This document shows positions 22,405 to 31,691 of a stretch of DNA of 64,000 nt, piece by piece. The position numbers and the translations under genes are program-made. Source of the stretch: an uncultured delta proteobacterium (GTDB taxonomy: Bacteria > Myxococcota_A > Polyangia > Palsa-1104); NCBI GenBank assembly GCA_963785725.1, contig CAWAWS010000006.1:320001-384000 (forward strand), read 5' to 3'. Under the pieces are notes generated by a model that was given only the letters and a program-made list of their open reading frames with translations, was not told where the DNA came from and searched no databases. Positions within the stretch are counted from its first letter, which is position 1. The number at the start of each line of letters is the position of its first letter.

Positions 22405-23001
22405 ATGGTGCGGGGCGTATCGCAACAAAGCGGCGAAGCGGGAAGCGGCGCGTTCAGCGACCGCGATCTCGACGCTGTCGAACGCGCCCACGGCGACGGA
22501 TTGACGTCCGCGCAAGTCGTCGAGCTGTTCCGCGCCCGCGGCACGAAGCTGTCGGAGGCGACCTTCCGCAAGTACGTGCAGCTCGGCCTCTTGCCGCGCA
22601 GCCGTCGCGTCGGCCGCAAAGGCAAGCACCAGGGGTCGCTCGGGCTCTACCCGGCGATCGTCGTCAGGCGCATCGACGCCATCAAGCGGATGATGGCCGA
22701 GAGCTACACAATCGAAGAGATCCAGCGCTCGTTCCTGCGCTTCAAGGACGAGATCGAAGCGGTCGAGCGTGGATTGAAGGAGCTGTTCGTCGGTTTCGAG
22801 CGTGAGCTGCGCGCCCCGGAGTTCGATCCCGGTCGCCGCAAGCAGCTCAGCAAAGAGATGACCGACGCAAAGCGCGTGGCCGACGACCTCGTCGGTCGCA
22901 TTGAAGGTTTAGAGCGGCAGATTGTCTCGCCGCTCGAACGCGCCGCGAGAGCGCGCGCATTTTCCTCCGGCGCTTCCGGCGGCGCTGGGGACCTGCTGTA
23001 G
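22405..23001 (+). CDS. MerR-like HTH protein with coiled-coil C-terminus
   Basis: LSEATFRKYVQLGLLPRSRRV...GLYP...RRIDAIKRMMAESYTIEEIQ resembles a MerR winged HTH; start chosen at ATG 22405. Confidence 0.72.
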   Translation: MVRGVSQQSGEAGSGAFSDRDLDAVERAHGDGLTSAQVVELFRARGTKLSEATFRKYVQLGLLPRSRRVGRKGKHQGSLGLYPAIVVRRIDAIKRMMAESYTIEEIQRSFLRFKDEIEAVERGLKELFVGFERELRAPEFDPGRRKQLSKEMTDAKRVADDLVGRIEGLERQIVSPLERAARARAFSSGASGGAGDLL

Positions 23002-23031
23002 CGCGGCTGCAGCAGAAACGAGGAGGGGTCA

Positions 23032-23595
23032 ATGGAACAAGACATGCGCGATGAGTTGGAGACTGATGAGCTCGCGCAAGACGAGGCGGGCGCCGACGTC
23101 GAAGCCAGCGACGGCGGCATCGACGACGCCCGTTCGATCAACCGCAAGATCCGTCAAAAGCGGCGCACGCGCGCGCGCTCGAAGACGATCGCGCCCAAGC
23201 GGTTGACCAAAGAGGAGCTGCGCTTCCGCGAGCTCTTGCCGATTCTCGAAGACGTCGAGCGGCCGGTGTCGCGTGGCGCGTGCAAGACGGACATTCGTCC
23301 GTGCCCGTACGTGTCGTGCAAGCACCACCTTTATCTGGACGTCAATCCGGAGACGGGCAGCATCAAGCTCAACTTCCCGGATCTCGAAGTGTGGGAGATG
23401 AAGGAGACCTGCTCGCTCGACGTGGCCGACAAGGGCGGCATCACGCTCGAGGAAGTGGGCGAGATCCTGAACCTCACGCGCGAGCGCATTCGGCAGGTCG
23501 AAGTGCGCGGCCTGTTGAAGCTGAAGATGGTCGGGCCCGGCGAAGAGCCGATTCCGGGCGATCCCGGCTATCTGGCGCCGGGCACCACGCTGTAG
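23032..23595 (+). CDS. Cys/His-rich DNA-binding protein with a sigma70 region-4-like HTH only
   Basis: [27 protein letters not shown]...ETCSLD; C-terminal [21 protein letters not shown] matches the sigma region 4.2 pattern; no region 2 visible. Confidence 0.8.
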   Translation: MEQDMRDELETDELAQDEAGADVEASDGGIDDARSINRKIRQKRRTRARSKTIAPKRLTKEELRFRELLPILEDVERPVSRGACKTDIRPCPYVSCKHHLYLDVNPETGSIKLNFPDLEVWEMKETCSLDVADKGGITLEEVGEILNLTRERIRQVEVRGLLKLKMVGPGEEPIPGDPGYLAPGTTL

Positions 23596-23602
23596 TCGCG
23601 TC

Positions 23603-23879
23603 CGCGTTCCCGCTTGCCGCGCGATGATGGGCCGCGCGGGCGGGAACGCGAGCTGCGCACGTCGCGCTTGCCGGCGACGAACCGTTGTTCGCCGCGCCTG
23701 ACGACGCGGCGGTCGTAAATCGCCGCTGATTCGCGCGGCGAAGGCCGTTCGCCGACGGTAGCGTGGCGAGCGGCGCCCGCGCCTGCAGCTGGCGGCGCAC
23801 GGCTCGCTTCGTCGTCTGGGCGCGACGGCGAAGCCGCAACTCCACGTTTGCGCCGACAGGGTGCGCGGGCTCGCGTTCC
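23603..23879. other. Structured intergenic element (multi-hairpin, closed by a long-range inverted repeat)
   Basis: 23643-23660 pairs with 23861-23879; internal hairpins; alternative pairing of 23603-23613 with 23640-23650. Confidence 0.4.
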
Positions 23880-23945
23880 GCCACTGCCGTTGACTCTTGT
23901 CCGCCGACGAGATACGACAGTCTGCCCTGGTTGGAGTTTGGGCAC

Positions 23946-25541
23946 ATGATCCGCATCAGAAGGGCGCTGGTCTCCGTCTCCGACAAGCGCGGCGTTGAAG
24001 AGCTCGCCCGCGGATTGGCGCGCCACGGCGTCGAGGTCCTCTCGACCGGCGGCACGGCCCGCGCGCTGCGCGAAGCCGGCGCCCGCGTCACCGAGGTCGC
24101 CGCCTACACGGGCGCGCCCGAAATCCTCGACGGACGCGTCAAGACGCTGCACCCGAAGATTCACGGCGGGCTGCTCGGTCGCGCGACGCCGGAGCATCAG
24201 GCGGAGATGCTCAAGCACGGCATCGAGCCAATCGATCTCGTCGTCGTGAACCTGTATCCGTTTCGCGAGACCATCCAGCGCGCGAACGTGACGCTGGCGG
24301 AGGCGATCGAGAACATCGACATCGGCGGGCCGTCGATGATCCGCTCGGCGTCGAAGAATCACGAGCGCGTCACCGTCGTCGTCGAGCCCGACGATTACGC
24401 GGCGCTGCTCGAGGAGCTCGACGGCAACGACGGCCAAGTCTCGCCGGCGCTCAACTTCCGCTTCGCGCGCAAGGCGTTCGCCTACACGGCCGCGTACGAC
24501 GGCGCCATCGCCAATTGGCTGACGGCGATCGACGACAAAGAGCCGGGCGAAGCGGCGACGCCGGTGCTCAAGTCGTTCCCCGAAGTGTTGACCTTGCAGT
24601 TCAAAGAGGGTCGCGAGCTGCGCTACGGCGAGAACCCGCATCAAAAAGCGGCCTTCTATCTCGACGAGGCGATGCCCGATGGTCCGTCGGTGGCGCGCGC
24701 CGAGATCCTGCAAGGCAAAGAGCTGAGCTTCAACAACATCGTCGATTTGGATGCGGCGGTGCAGCTGGTGACCGAGTTCGGGCGGCCGGCGGTGGCGATC
24801 ATCAAGCACACCAACCCGTGCGGCGTCGCCGAGAGTGACGACGGCGTCGCGGTGGCGTATGCGATGGCGCGCGAGTGCGATCCGGTGTCGGCGTTCGGCG
24901 GCATCGTCGCCTGCAACCGCGTCGTCGACGACGATTTGGGGCGCGAGCTGTCCGAGACCTTCCTCGAGTGCGTCATCGCGCCCGGCTTTACCGACGGCGC
25001 GCGCGCGGCGTTGGCGAAGAAGAAGGCGCTGCGCCTGCTCGCCTATCCGACGCCGACGCACGGCCGCTCGGGTTGGCAGCTGCGCGCCGTCAACGGCGGC
25101 TTGCTGGTGCAGACGCGCGACGATCGCATCATCGGCGCCGCCGAAGCCGAGGTCGCCAGCGTGCGGCCGCCGACGGCCGACGAGCTGCGCGCGCTCGATT
25201 TTGCCTGGCGCGTCTGCAAGCACGTCAAGTCGAACGCCATCGTCTTCGCGTCGCTGTCGCAGTCGGGCGGCGTGCGCACCGTCGGCGTCGGCGCCGGGCA
25301 GATGTCGCGCGTCGATTCGGTACGGATTGCGCGCATGAAGGCGATGCTGCCGACGATGGGCTCGGTCTGCGCGTCGGACGCGTTCTTCCCCTTCCGCGAC
25401 GGCGTGGATGCGCTGGCGGAAGCGGGCGCGACGGCGGTCATTCAGCCGGGCGGCTCGGTGAACGACAAAGAGGTCATCGAAGCGGCCAATCAGCACAACC
25501 TGGCGATGGTGGTGACGAAGATGCGCCACTTCCGGCACTAA
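23946..25541 (+). CDS. purH: Bifunctional AICAR transformylase / IMP cyclohydrolase
   Basis: [55 protein letters not shown]. Confidence 0.97.
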   Translation: MIRIRRALVSVSDKRGVEELARGLARHGVEVLSTGGTARALREAGARVTEVAAYTGAPEILDGRVKTLHPKIHGGLLGRATPEHQAEMLKHGIEPIDLVVVNLYPFRETIQRANVTLAEAIENIDIGGPSMIRSASKNHERVTVVVEPDDYAALLEELDGNDGQVSPALNFRFARKAFAYTAAYDGAIANWLTAIDDKEPGEAATPVLKSFPEVLTLQFKEGRELRYGENPHQKAAFYLDEAMPDGPSVARAEILQGKELSFNNIVDLDAAVQLVTEFGRPAVAIIKHTNPCGVAESDDGVAVAYAMARECDPVSAFGGIVACNRVVDDDLGRELSETFLECVIAPGFTDGARAALAKKKALRLLAYPTPTHGRSGWQLRAVNGGLLVQTRDDRIIGAAEAEVASVRPPTADELRALDFAWRVCKHVKSNAIVFASLSQSGGVRTVGVGAGQMSRVDSVRIARMKAMLPTMGSVCASDAFFPFRDGVDALAEAGATAVIQPGGSVNDKEVIEAANQHNLAMVVTKMRHFRH

Positions 25542-25548
25542 GGCCGCA

Positions 25549-26833
25549 ATGAGCGGTCAGCTCAAAGTCCTCGTCGTCGGCGGCGGCGGTCGCGAGCACG
25601 CGCTGGCGTGGGCGCTGCGTCGTTCGCCGTCGGTGGGCGAGGTCTTGTGCGCGCCCGGCAACGTGGGAATCGCCGCGGTCGCGCGCTGCATCGCCGTGCG
25701 CGTCGACGCCATCGACGACTTGGTCGCGCTCGCGGAAGCCGAGAACGTCGACCTCGTCGTCGTCGGGCCGGAAGGGCCGCTCGTCGCGGGCTTGGCCGAT
25801 CGGCTGCGTGCGCGCGGTCGCGCCGTGTTCGGCTGCTCGGCGGCGGCCGCGCAGATCGAAGGCTCGAAGGCGTTTGCCAAGGAGCTGATGGCGCGTCACG
25901 GCGTGCCGACGGCGCGTTTCGGCAGCTTCACCAGCGTCGCCGACGCCGAGCCGTTCCTCGCGCAGCTGCTTGGCGACGAGCGATCGCGTCGTCTTGAAGG
26001 CCGACGGGCTGGCCGCCGGCAAAGGCGTCGTCATCGCCGAGCGCGCCGACGCCGCGCGCGAATTGGCGGCGATGCTGGCCGGCGCGACCGTCGGCGACGC
26101 CGGCCGCCGCGTCGTCATCGAGGAGTTCCTCGTCGGCCGCGAGGCGTCGTTGATGGCGCTGGTCGACGGCGAGCGCGTGACGCCGCTGGCGGTCGCCGAG
26201 GATCACAAGACCGTGTCCGACGGCGACGTCGGGCCGATGACCGGCGGCATGGGCGTCGTCTCGCCGACGCCGGCGCTCGACGACGCCGGCATCGCCCGCG
26301 CCGTGCGCGAAATCTTGCAGCCGACGGCGCGCGGCCTCGTCGCCGAAGGCAAGCCGTTCAGCGGCCTGCTGTACGCCGGCCTCATGGTCACCGCCGACGG
26401 CCCGCGCGTCATCGAGTTCAACTGCCGCTTCGGCGATCCGGAGACGCAGGCGTTGATGGTGCGGCTCGACGACGACTTGGGCGCCATGCTGCACGCCATC
26501 GCGACCCATGAGCCGGTGGAACGTGTTCGCTTTTCATCGCGCGCGTCGGTCTGCGTCGTCGTCGCCGCCGGCGGTTATCCGGGCGCCTATCGCAGCGGCC
26601 TGCCCATCGGCGGGCTCGACGATGCCGGCGCCGTCGACGGCGTCACCGTCTTTCACGCCGGCACGCGCCGCGGCGACGACGGTCACATCGTCACCGCCGG
26701 CGGCCGCGTCCTCGGCGTGACCGCGCTCGGCGGCGACGTCGAGGACGCGCGCAGCAGAGCTTATCGCGCAGTAGATTGCATCCAATTCGAAGGCGCTCAT
26801 CATCGACGCGACATCGGGAGGAGACGGACGTGA
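25549..26833 (+). CDS. purD: Phosphoribosylamine-glycine ligase (apparent frameshift near 25968)
   Basis: VLVVGGGGREHALAW and IEGSKAFAK in one frame; VLKADGLAAGKGV, GPMTGGMG, EFNCRFGDPETQ, TAGGRVL in the next. Confidence 0.93.
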
Positions 26834-27321
26834 GCATCAAAGTCGGCATTCTCATGGGTTCGGACAGTGACCTCGAGGTCATGAAGCAGGCACACAAGAC
26901 GCTGCAGGAGCTCGGCGTCACGTCGGAGCTGCGCGTGTTGTCGGCGCATCGCACGCCGGAAGAGGCGGGCGAATACGCGCGCGGCGCCGAGGCGCGCGGC
27001 ACGCAGGTGCTCATCGCCGGCGCCGGCTTGGCCGCGCACTTGGCGGGCGCGATCGTGGCGCAGACGACGCTGCCGGTCATCGGCGTGCCGCTGTCGGCGG
27101 GCACGTTGGGCGGGCTCGACTCGCTGCTGTCGACGGTGCAGATGCCGCCCGGCCTGCCGGTGGCGACGGTGGCGATCGGCGGCGCGATGAACGCGGCGCT
27201 GTTGGCGGCGGCCATCTTGGCGCTGTCCGATCCCGACTTGAAGGCGAAGCTCAAGCAGCGGCGCGTGCAGATGCACGACAAGGTGCTGGCGGCCGACGCG
27301 CGCGTGCAGGAAGGGCAGTAG
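26830..27321 (+). CDS. purE: N5-CAIR mutase
   Basis: GTG overlapping purD stop; VGILMGSDSD, SAHRTP, IAGAGLAAHLAG, STVQMPPGLPVATV. Confidence 0.95.
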   Translation: MSIKVGILMGSDSDLEVMKQAHKTLQELGVTSELRVLSAHRTPEEAGEYARGAEARGTQVLIAGAGLAAHLAGAIVAQTTLPVIGVPLSAGTLGGLDSLLSTVQMPPGLPVATVAIGGAMNAALLAAAILALSDPDLKAKLKQRRVQMHDKVLAADARVQEGQ

Positions 27322-27324
27322 CCC

Positions 27325-28626
27325 ATGGCCGAGATCGCGCCGTTCCGCGGCATTTTGTACACGGCGAAAGCGGGCGCGCCCGAAAAGCTGTTGGCGCCGC
27401 CGTACGACGTGATTTCGCCCGAGGAGCGCGCGCGCTTGGCGGCGCTCGATCCGCACAACAGCGTCCGTTTGATCCTGCCCGAGGGCGCCGGCGACGAGAA
27501 ATACGCGGCCGCCGCGCGCGATCTGCAGGCGTGGCTGCACGACGGCATCATGGCGCGCGACGCGGCGCCGGCGCTCTATCGCTACCATCAGACCTTCACG
27601 GCCGAGGGGCGCACGGCGACGCGACGCGGGTTCATCTGCCGCATTCGGCTGGCGCGCTTCGACGAGCGCATCGTCTTGCCGCACGAGCGCACACTGGCTG
27701 GCCCCAAAGCCGATCGCCTGAAGCTGAAGCGAGCGGCGCGCGCGCACTTGTCGCAGGTGTTCGGCCTGTACTCGGATCCCGAGCGCAAGAGCGACGAGCC
27801 GTTCGCCGCCGTCGAGCAAGAGGCGCCGTTTCTGCACGGCACGACCAGCGACGGCGTCGAGCAGAAGCTGTGGCGGCTGACCGATCCGGCGGCGCAGCAG
27901 CAAGTCGTGGCGCTGCTCGCGAACGAGAAGATCTACATCGCGGATGGTCATCATCGTTACGAGACGATGTTGGCGTTGCGCGACGAATTGCGGGTCGAGG
28001 CGCACAACAACCCGCGTTCGTCGGTCGAATACGGCACGATCTTCCTCGCCAACATGGATGACCCGGGGCTGCTCGTGTTCCCGACGCATCGGGTGGTGCA
28101 CGGGCTGCCGTCGTTCGATCGCGCGTCGCTGTTGGAGAAGGCGCGCGCCTTCTTCGACGTGACCGAGGCGCCGCTCGCCGACGCCGCGACGGTTCGCCGC
28201 ACCCTGGCCGAGCATGGCCTCGGCGGACCGACGTTCGCGGTGGCGACGGCCGACGCGCTGGCCTATTTGACGCTGAAGAAGAACGTGTCGCTCGACGGTA
28301 TCCCGTCGCTGCAAGGGCCGGCCGTGTTGCGGACGCTCGACGTGACGCTGTTGCACGCGCTGGTCATCGAGCAGATCTTGGGCATCGATCGCGCGGCGCA
28401 GGAAAAGCAGACCAACTTGCGCTACGTCAAGGACACGGCGGCGGCGCTGGCGGACGCCAAAGGCGCCGACGTGCAAGCGGTGCTGCTCATGAACCCGACG
28501 CCGGTGGCACACGTCAAAGCCGTGGCCGACGCGGGCGAGGTCATGCCGCAGAAGTCGACGTTCTTCTATCCCAAGCTGGCGTCGGGGCTCGTCATCAATC
28601 CGATCATTCCGTCGGAGAACGTCTGA
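27325..28626 (+). CDS. DUF1015 family protein
   Basis: MAEIAPFRG, APPYDVIS, VLPHERT, YIADGHHRYET, MPQKSTFFYPKL. Confidence 0.9.
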   Translation: MAEIAPFRGILYTAKAGAPEKLLAPPYDVISPEERARLAALDPHNSVRLILPEGAGDEKYAAAARDLQAWLHDGIMARDAAPALYRYHQTFTAEGRTATRRGFICRIRLARFDERIVLPHERTLAGPKADRLKLKRAARAHLSQVFGLYSDPERKSDEPFAAVEQEAPFLHGTTSDGVEQKLWRLTDPAAQQQVVALLANEKIYIADGHHRYETMLALRDELRVEAHNNPRSSVEYGTIFLANMDDPGLLVFPTHRVVHGLPSFDRASLLEKARAFFDVTEAPLADAATVRRTLAEHGLGGPTFAVATADALAYLTLKKNVSLDGIPSLQGPAVLRTLDVTLLHALVIEQILGIDRAAQEKQTNLRYVKDTAAALADAKGADVQAVLLMNPTPVAHVKAVADAGEVMPQKSTFFYPKLASGLVINPIIPSENV

Positions 28627-29357
28627 ACGACGCGCCCCCGAATACCGCAGGCGACGCCGATCTGACGCGCGATTCGATCTTGCGCGGGCGTCTTAGGCTG
28701 TGGCAGCCGCGCGTCGGTTATCGCTTCTCGCTCGATCCTTTATTGCTCATCGGCTTCGTGGCGCCGCCGTTCGGTCGGCTCGCCGACGTCTGCAGCGGCT
28801 GCGGCATCGTCGGGCTCGGCCTCTTGTCACGCGACGCCGCGGCGACGGCCACGCTCGTCGAGCTGCAGCCGCGGCTGGCGACGCTGGCGCGGCGCAACGC
28901 CGACGACAACGGCCACGGCGCCCGTGTCACCGTCGAGAATGCCGATGTAAATACGCTCGGCAGTCGTCATTACGATCTCGTCGTCGCCAATCCGCCGTAT
29001 CGACTGCTCGCCGAAGGGCCGGCGTCGCCGAATCCCGAAGTGGCGACGGGGCAGCACGAGCTGACGCTGACGCTGGCGCAGCTGACGACGGCGATGCGTC
29101 GCCTGCTCGAGCCCAACGGTCGCGCGGCGCTCGTCTATCCGGCGCGGCGGCTCGGCGAGCTCTTGGCCGCGCTCGACGGCGCCGGCTTGCGGCCGCTGCG
29201 TCTGCGCTGCGTGCATCCGCGCGCCGACGAGCCGGCCAATCGCATCCTCGTCGAGGCGCACAAAGGCGCGCGCGGCCCGCTCGTCATCGAGCCGCCGCTG
29301 GTCGTGCGCGACGGCGACGGCTACAGCGCCGAAGCGTCGCAGCTGCTCGGCGACTGA
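28623..29357 (+). CDS. tRNA1(Val) A37 N6-methyltransferase-like SAM methyltransferase
   Basis: WQPRVGYRFSLDPLLL, DVCSGCG, VVANPPY, RILVEA; start uncertain (CTG 28623 or TTG 28680). Confidence 0.8.
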   Translation: MNDAPPNTAGDADLTRDSILRGRLRLWQPRVGYRFSLDPLLLIGFVAPPFGRLADVCSGCGIVGLGLLSRDAAATATLVELQPRLATLARRNADDNGHGARVTVENADVNTLGSRHYDLVVANPPYRLLAEGPASPNPEVATGQHELTLTLAQLTTAMRRLLEPNGRAALVYPARRLGELLAALDGAGLRPLRLRCVHPRADEPANRILVEAHKGARGPLVIEPPLVVRDGDGYSAEASQLLGD

Positions 29358-29377
29358 AACGCGCGCTGGACTTGAAG

Positions 29378-30697
29378 TTAGAAGCCGACGCCGACGTTGA
29401 CGATGCTGACGGTGTTGGCGTAGACGAAGGCGCTCGTCGTGCCGAGGAGCGTGAAGTCGCCGCCGTCGCTGAGCTCGCCGCCGGACTGAAGCGTGACCTT
29501 GCCGGGCGCTTGGTTGAACGCGGCGAAGCGACCGAGCGGATCGGTGCTGCTGCGACGCGACGTCGGCGTCTGCGTCAGCGGATCGGTCGTGAAGTAGCTG
29601 AACCGATCGCTCACCGGCGCCAGCGCCACCTCGGCGTTCGTCAAGCGCACGCCGTCGCAGTCGTGGGCCTCGCCGAGGATGATGCCGCGATCGAAGGTGA
29701 TTCCGCCCGGCAAACCGGCCTGGACGGCCAAGCGCCCGTAGTCGATCTGCGACATGGCCGTGACATTCAATCGATAGATGACGATGACGAGGCCGCTGGC
29801 GTCGACGGTCTTGTCGTAGCACTCCGAGTCGCTGGGCGAGCTGCAGGTGCGCGCCAGCGGATTGACCGTGCCGCCGGGCGTGTTCGCGGGCGGCACCTCG
29901 ACGTTCCATTGCAGCGTGGTGGCCCAGTTGGAGTCGGGGCGCGAGTTGACGCCGGTGATGCGCACGACGAGCGGCTGGCCGATGGGAACGTTGCTGACCT
30001 GGTAGCTCGCCTCCCAGCGCAGGCGATCGCTGCAGACGCCGCCGTGGCCGTCGTCGCGGCAGTATTTGCCGTTGTCGGGGTGGCCGTTGAGCCCGTCGTT
30101 GCACGCGACCGCGCAGCCGCTCGTGATGGCCAAGCTGCAGCCGAGCGACAGATCTTGGTCGCAGGCGAGCCACGGGAAGAGCGGCGTCGGCGGCGGCAGC
30201 GGCGTCGGCGACGGCACATAGGTCGTCGGCTTGTAGAGCGTGATCGTCGACGAGCCGAGCGGCACCAGCGCCGCCGGATCGATGCCCGTCGCCAGCTGCA
30301 GCCCGTTGAACAGCGACAGCGTCACCTTCTCGCCGTTGCCGCCGCTGTCGAAGACGTGGACGAAGCCGGTCAAGGTCACGTTGTCGAGCGCGGCGGGCGC
30401 GCTCAGGTCGGGGCCGCTGCTGCTCGTCGTCGTGGTCGTCGGCAGGCAGCTCAGGTTGGGCGCGGCTTGGCCGTTGGAAGCGCAAGAGCTGGTGATGCTG
30501 CTCGAGCAGGCGGTGCGCGTGGTGACGGCGGTCGGCGCAAAGAAGCAGCCGATGTTGGCGAGGCCGGCGTCGAGGTTGGGCGTGCTCAAACCGCCGTCGA
30601 CGTCGCTGTCGGCGGACTTGCAGATCGGCCAGGTGTTCGCCGGATTCTTGCAGCCGGCGAACACCAGCAGCAGCGACAGCAGGTAGCCCGATTTCAT
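29378..30697 (-). CDS. Cys-containing lipoprotein of unknown function
   Basis: Lipobox LLVFAGC after MKSGYLLSL; beta-rich, with several Cys pairs. Confidence 0.7.
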   Translation of the reverse strand: MKSGYLLSLLLVFAGCKNPANTWPICKSADSDVDGGLSTPNLDAGLANIGCFFAPTAVTTRTACSSSITSSCASNGQAAPNLSCLPTTTTTSSSGPDLSAPAALDNVTLTGFVHVFDSGGNGEKVTLSLFNGLQLATGIDPAALVPLGSSTITLYKPTTYVPSPTPLPPPTPLFPWLACDQDLSLGCSLAITSGCAVACNDGLNGHPDNGKYCRDDGHGGVCSDRLRWEASYQVSNVPIGQPLVVRITGVNSRPDSNWATTLQWNVEVPPANTPGGTVNPLARTCSSPSDSECYDKTVDASGLVIVIYRLNVTAMSQIDYGRLAVQAGLPGGITFDRGIILGEAHDCDGVRLTNAEVALAPVSDRFSYFTTDPLTQTPTSRRSSTDPLGRFAAFNQAPGKVTLQSGGELSDGGDFTLLGTTSAFVYANTVSIVNVGVGF

Positions 30698-30758
30698 GGC
30701 GCGCACCATAGCACGATGAGACGCGGCAACCGTCCCGCTAGTTGCTCTCGGTTTTGCG

Positions 30759-31676
30759 CTACGTTTTGACGCGATCGCGGCCGGTCTTCTTGGCGCGATA
30801 GAGGGCTTCGTCGGCCTTGCGCAAAAGGACGTCGGCGGCGGCGCCGTCGTCGGGGAACGCGGCGACGCCGATGCTGATGGTCGGCCGCACGACGACGCCG
30901 TCCTTCTCGAAGCGGTGGCCCGATACGACCGAGCGGATGTTCTCGGCGACGCGCGTGGCGTGGCGCTTGGAATGACCCGGCAAATAGGCGGCGAACTCGT
31001 CGCCGCCGAAGCGGCAGGCGGCGCCGTGCGGCGACACCACCTGGCCGATGAGCTTGCCGGCCTCCGCGATCGTGTGCGCGCCGACGGGATGGCCGTGCGT
31101 GTCGTTGATGCGCTTCAACCCGTCGAGATCGAGCATCAGCACCGCGAGCACGTTCTTCGTCAGCCGCGCATCCTCGACGGCGCGCGCATAGGCCGCGTCG
31201 AAGCGCCGCTTGGCGATGAGGCCGGTCAGGTCATCGGTGCCGACGAGGACGTCCATCTGCGCGTGATAGCCGACCTCGAGCGCGTCCGAGAACGTGAACT
31301 TGACCACGCAGGCGCCGACGTAAATGCGATCGCCGGCCTCGAGCCGCTTCTGCCCGAGGACGCGCTTGCCATTGAGCAGCGTGCCGTTGGTCGAGCCCAA
31401 ATCCTCGACAAAAAACGCGTTCTTGTCCTTGTCGTAGACGACGCGGCAGTGGCGGCGCGAGATGCCTTCGTCCTGCAGCGTCAGCTCGACGCGCGGATCG
31501 CGCCCGATCGTCACCGCCTTCTCCAGCATGACGTGCGTGCCGATTTCCGACTCCGAGCCCTGCAAGACGACCAGCGCCGCGTGCTTCAGCTGCGTGCGCG
31601 CGATCGACTCGCGCACGTCGTCGACGTTGAGCTTCACCGTCTCGGGAGCCAGCGTTCGGCGACGGCGCGGCGGCAT
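30759..31676 (-). CDS. FHA-GGDEF diguanylate cyclase
   Basis: FHA: TIGRD...ISRRHC...DLGSTNGT; GGDEF: DDLTGL, LDLDGLKRINDTHGH, RFGGDEF. Confidence 0.92.
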   Translation of the reverse strand: MPPRRRRTLAPETVKLNVDDVRESIARTQLKHAALVVLQGSESEIGTHVMLEKAVTIGRDPRVELTLQDEGISRRHCRVVYDKDKNAFFVEDLGSTNGTLLNGKRVLGQKRLEAGDRIYVGACVVKFTFSDALEVGYHAQMDVLVGTDDLTGLIAKRRFDAAYARAVEDARLTKNVLAVLMLDLDGLKRINDTHGHPVGAHTIAEAGKLIGQVVSPHGAACRFGGDEFAAYLPGHSKRHATRVAENIRSVVSGHRFEKDGVVVRPTISIGVAAFPDDGAAADVLLRKADEALYRAKKTGRDRVKT

Positions 31677-31691
31677 TCGCCGTCTACGATA

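Noticed and set aside
23596..23945. ZTP or purine riboswitch upstream of purH
   Set aside because: I could not find the conserved core sequences; the region is kept only as an unclassified structured element.
25549..26833. Programmed frameshift or pseudogene status for purD
   Set aside because: No slippery sequence is evident, both halves are intact, and similar indels are scattered through the window; an assembly error is more likely.
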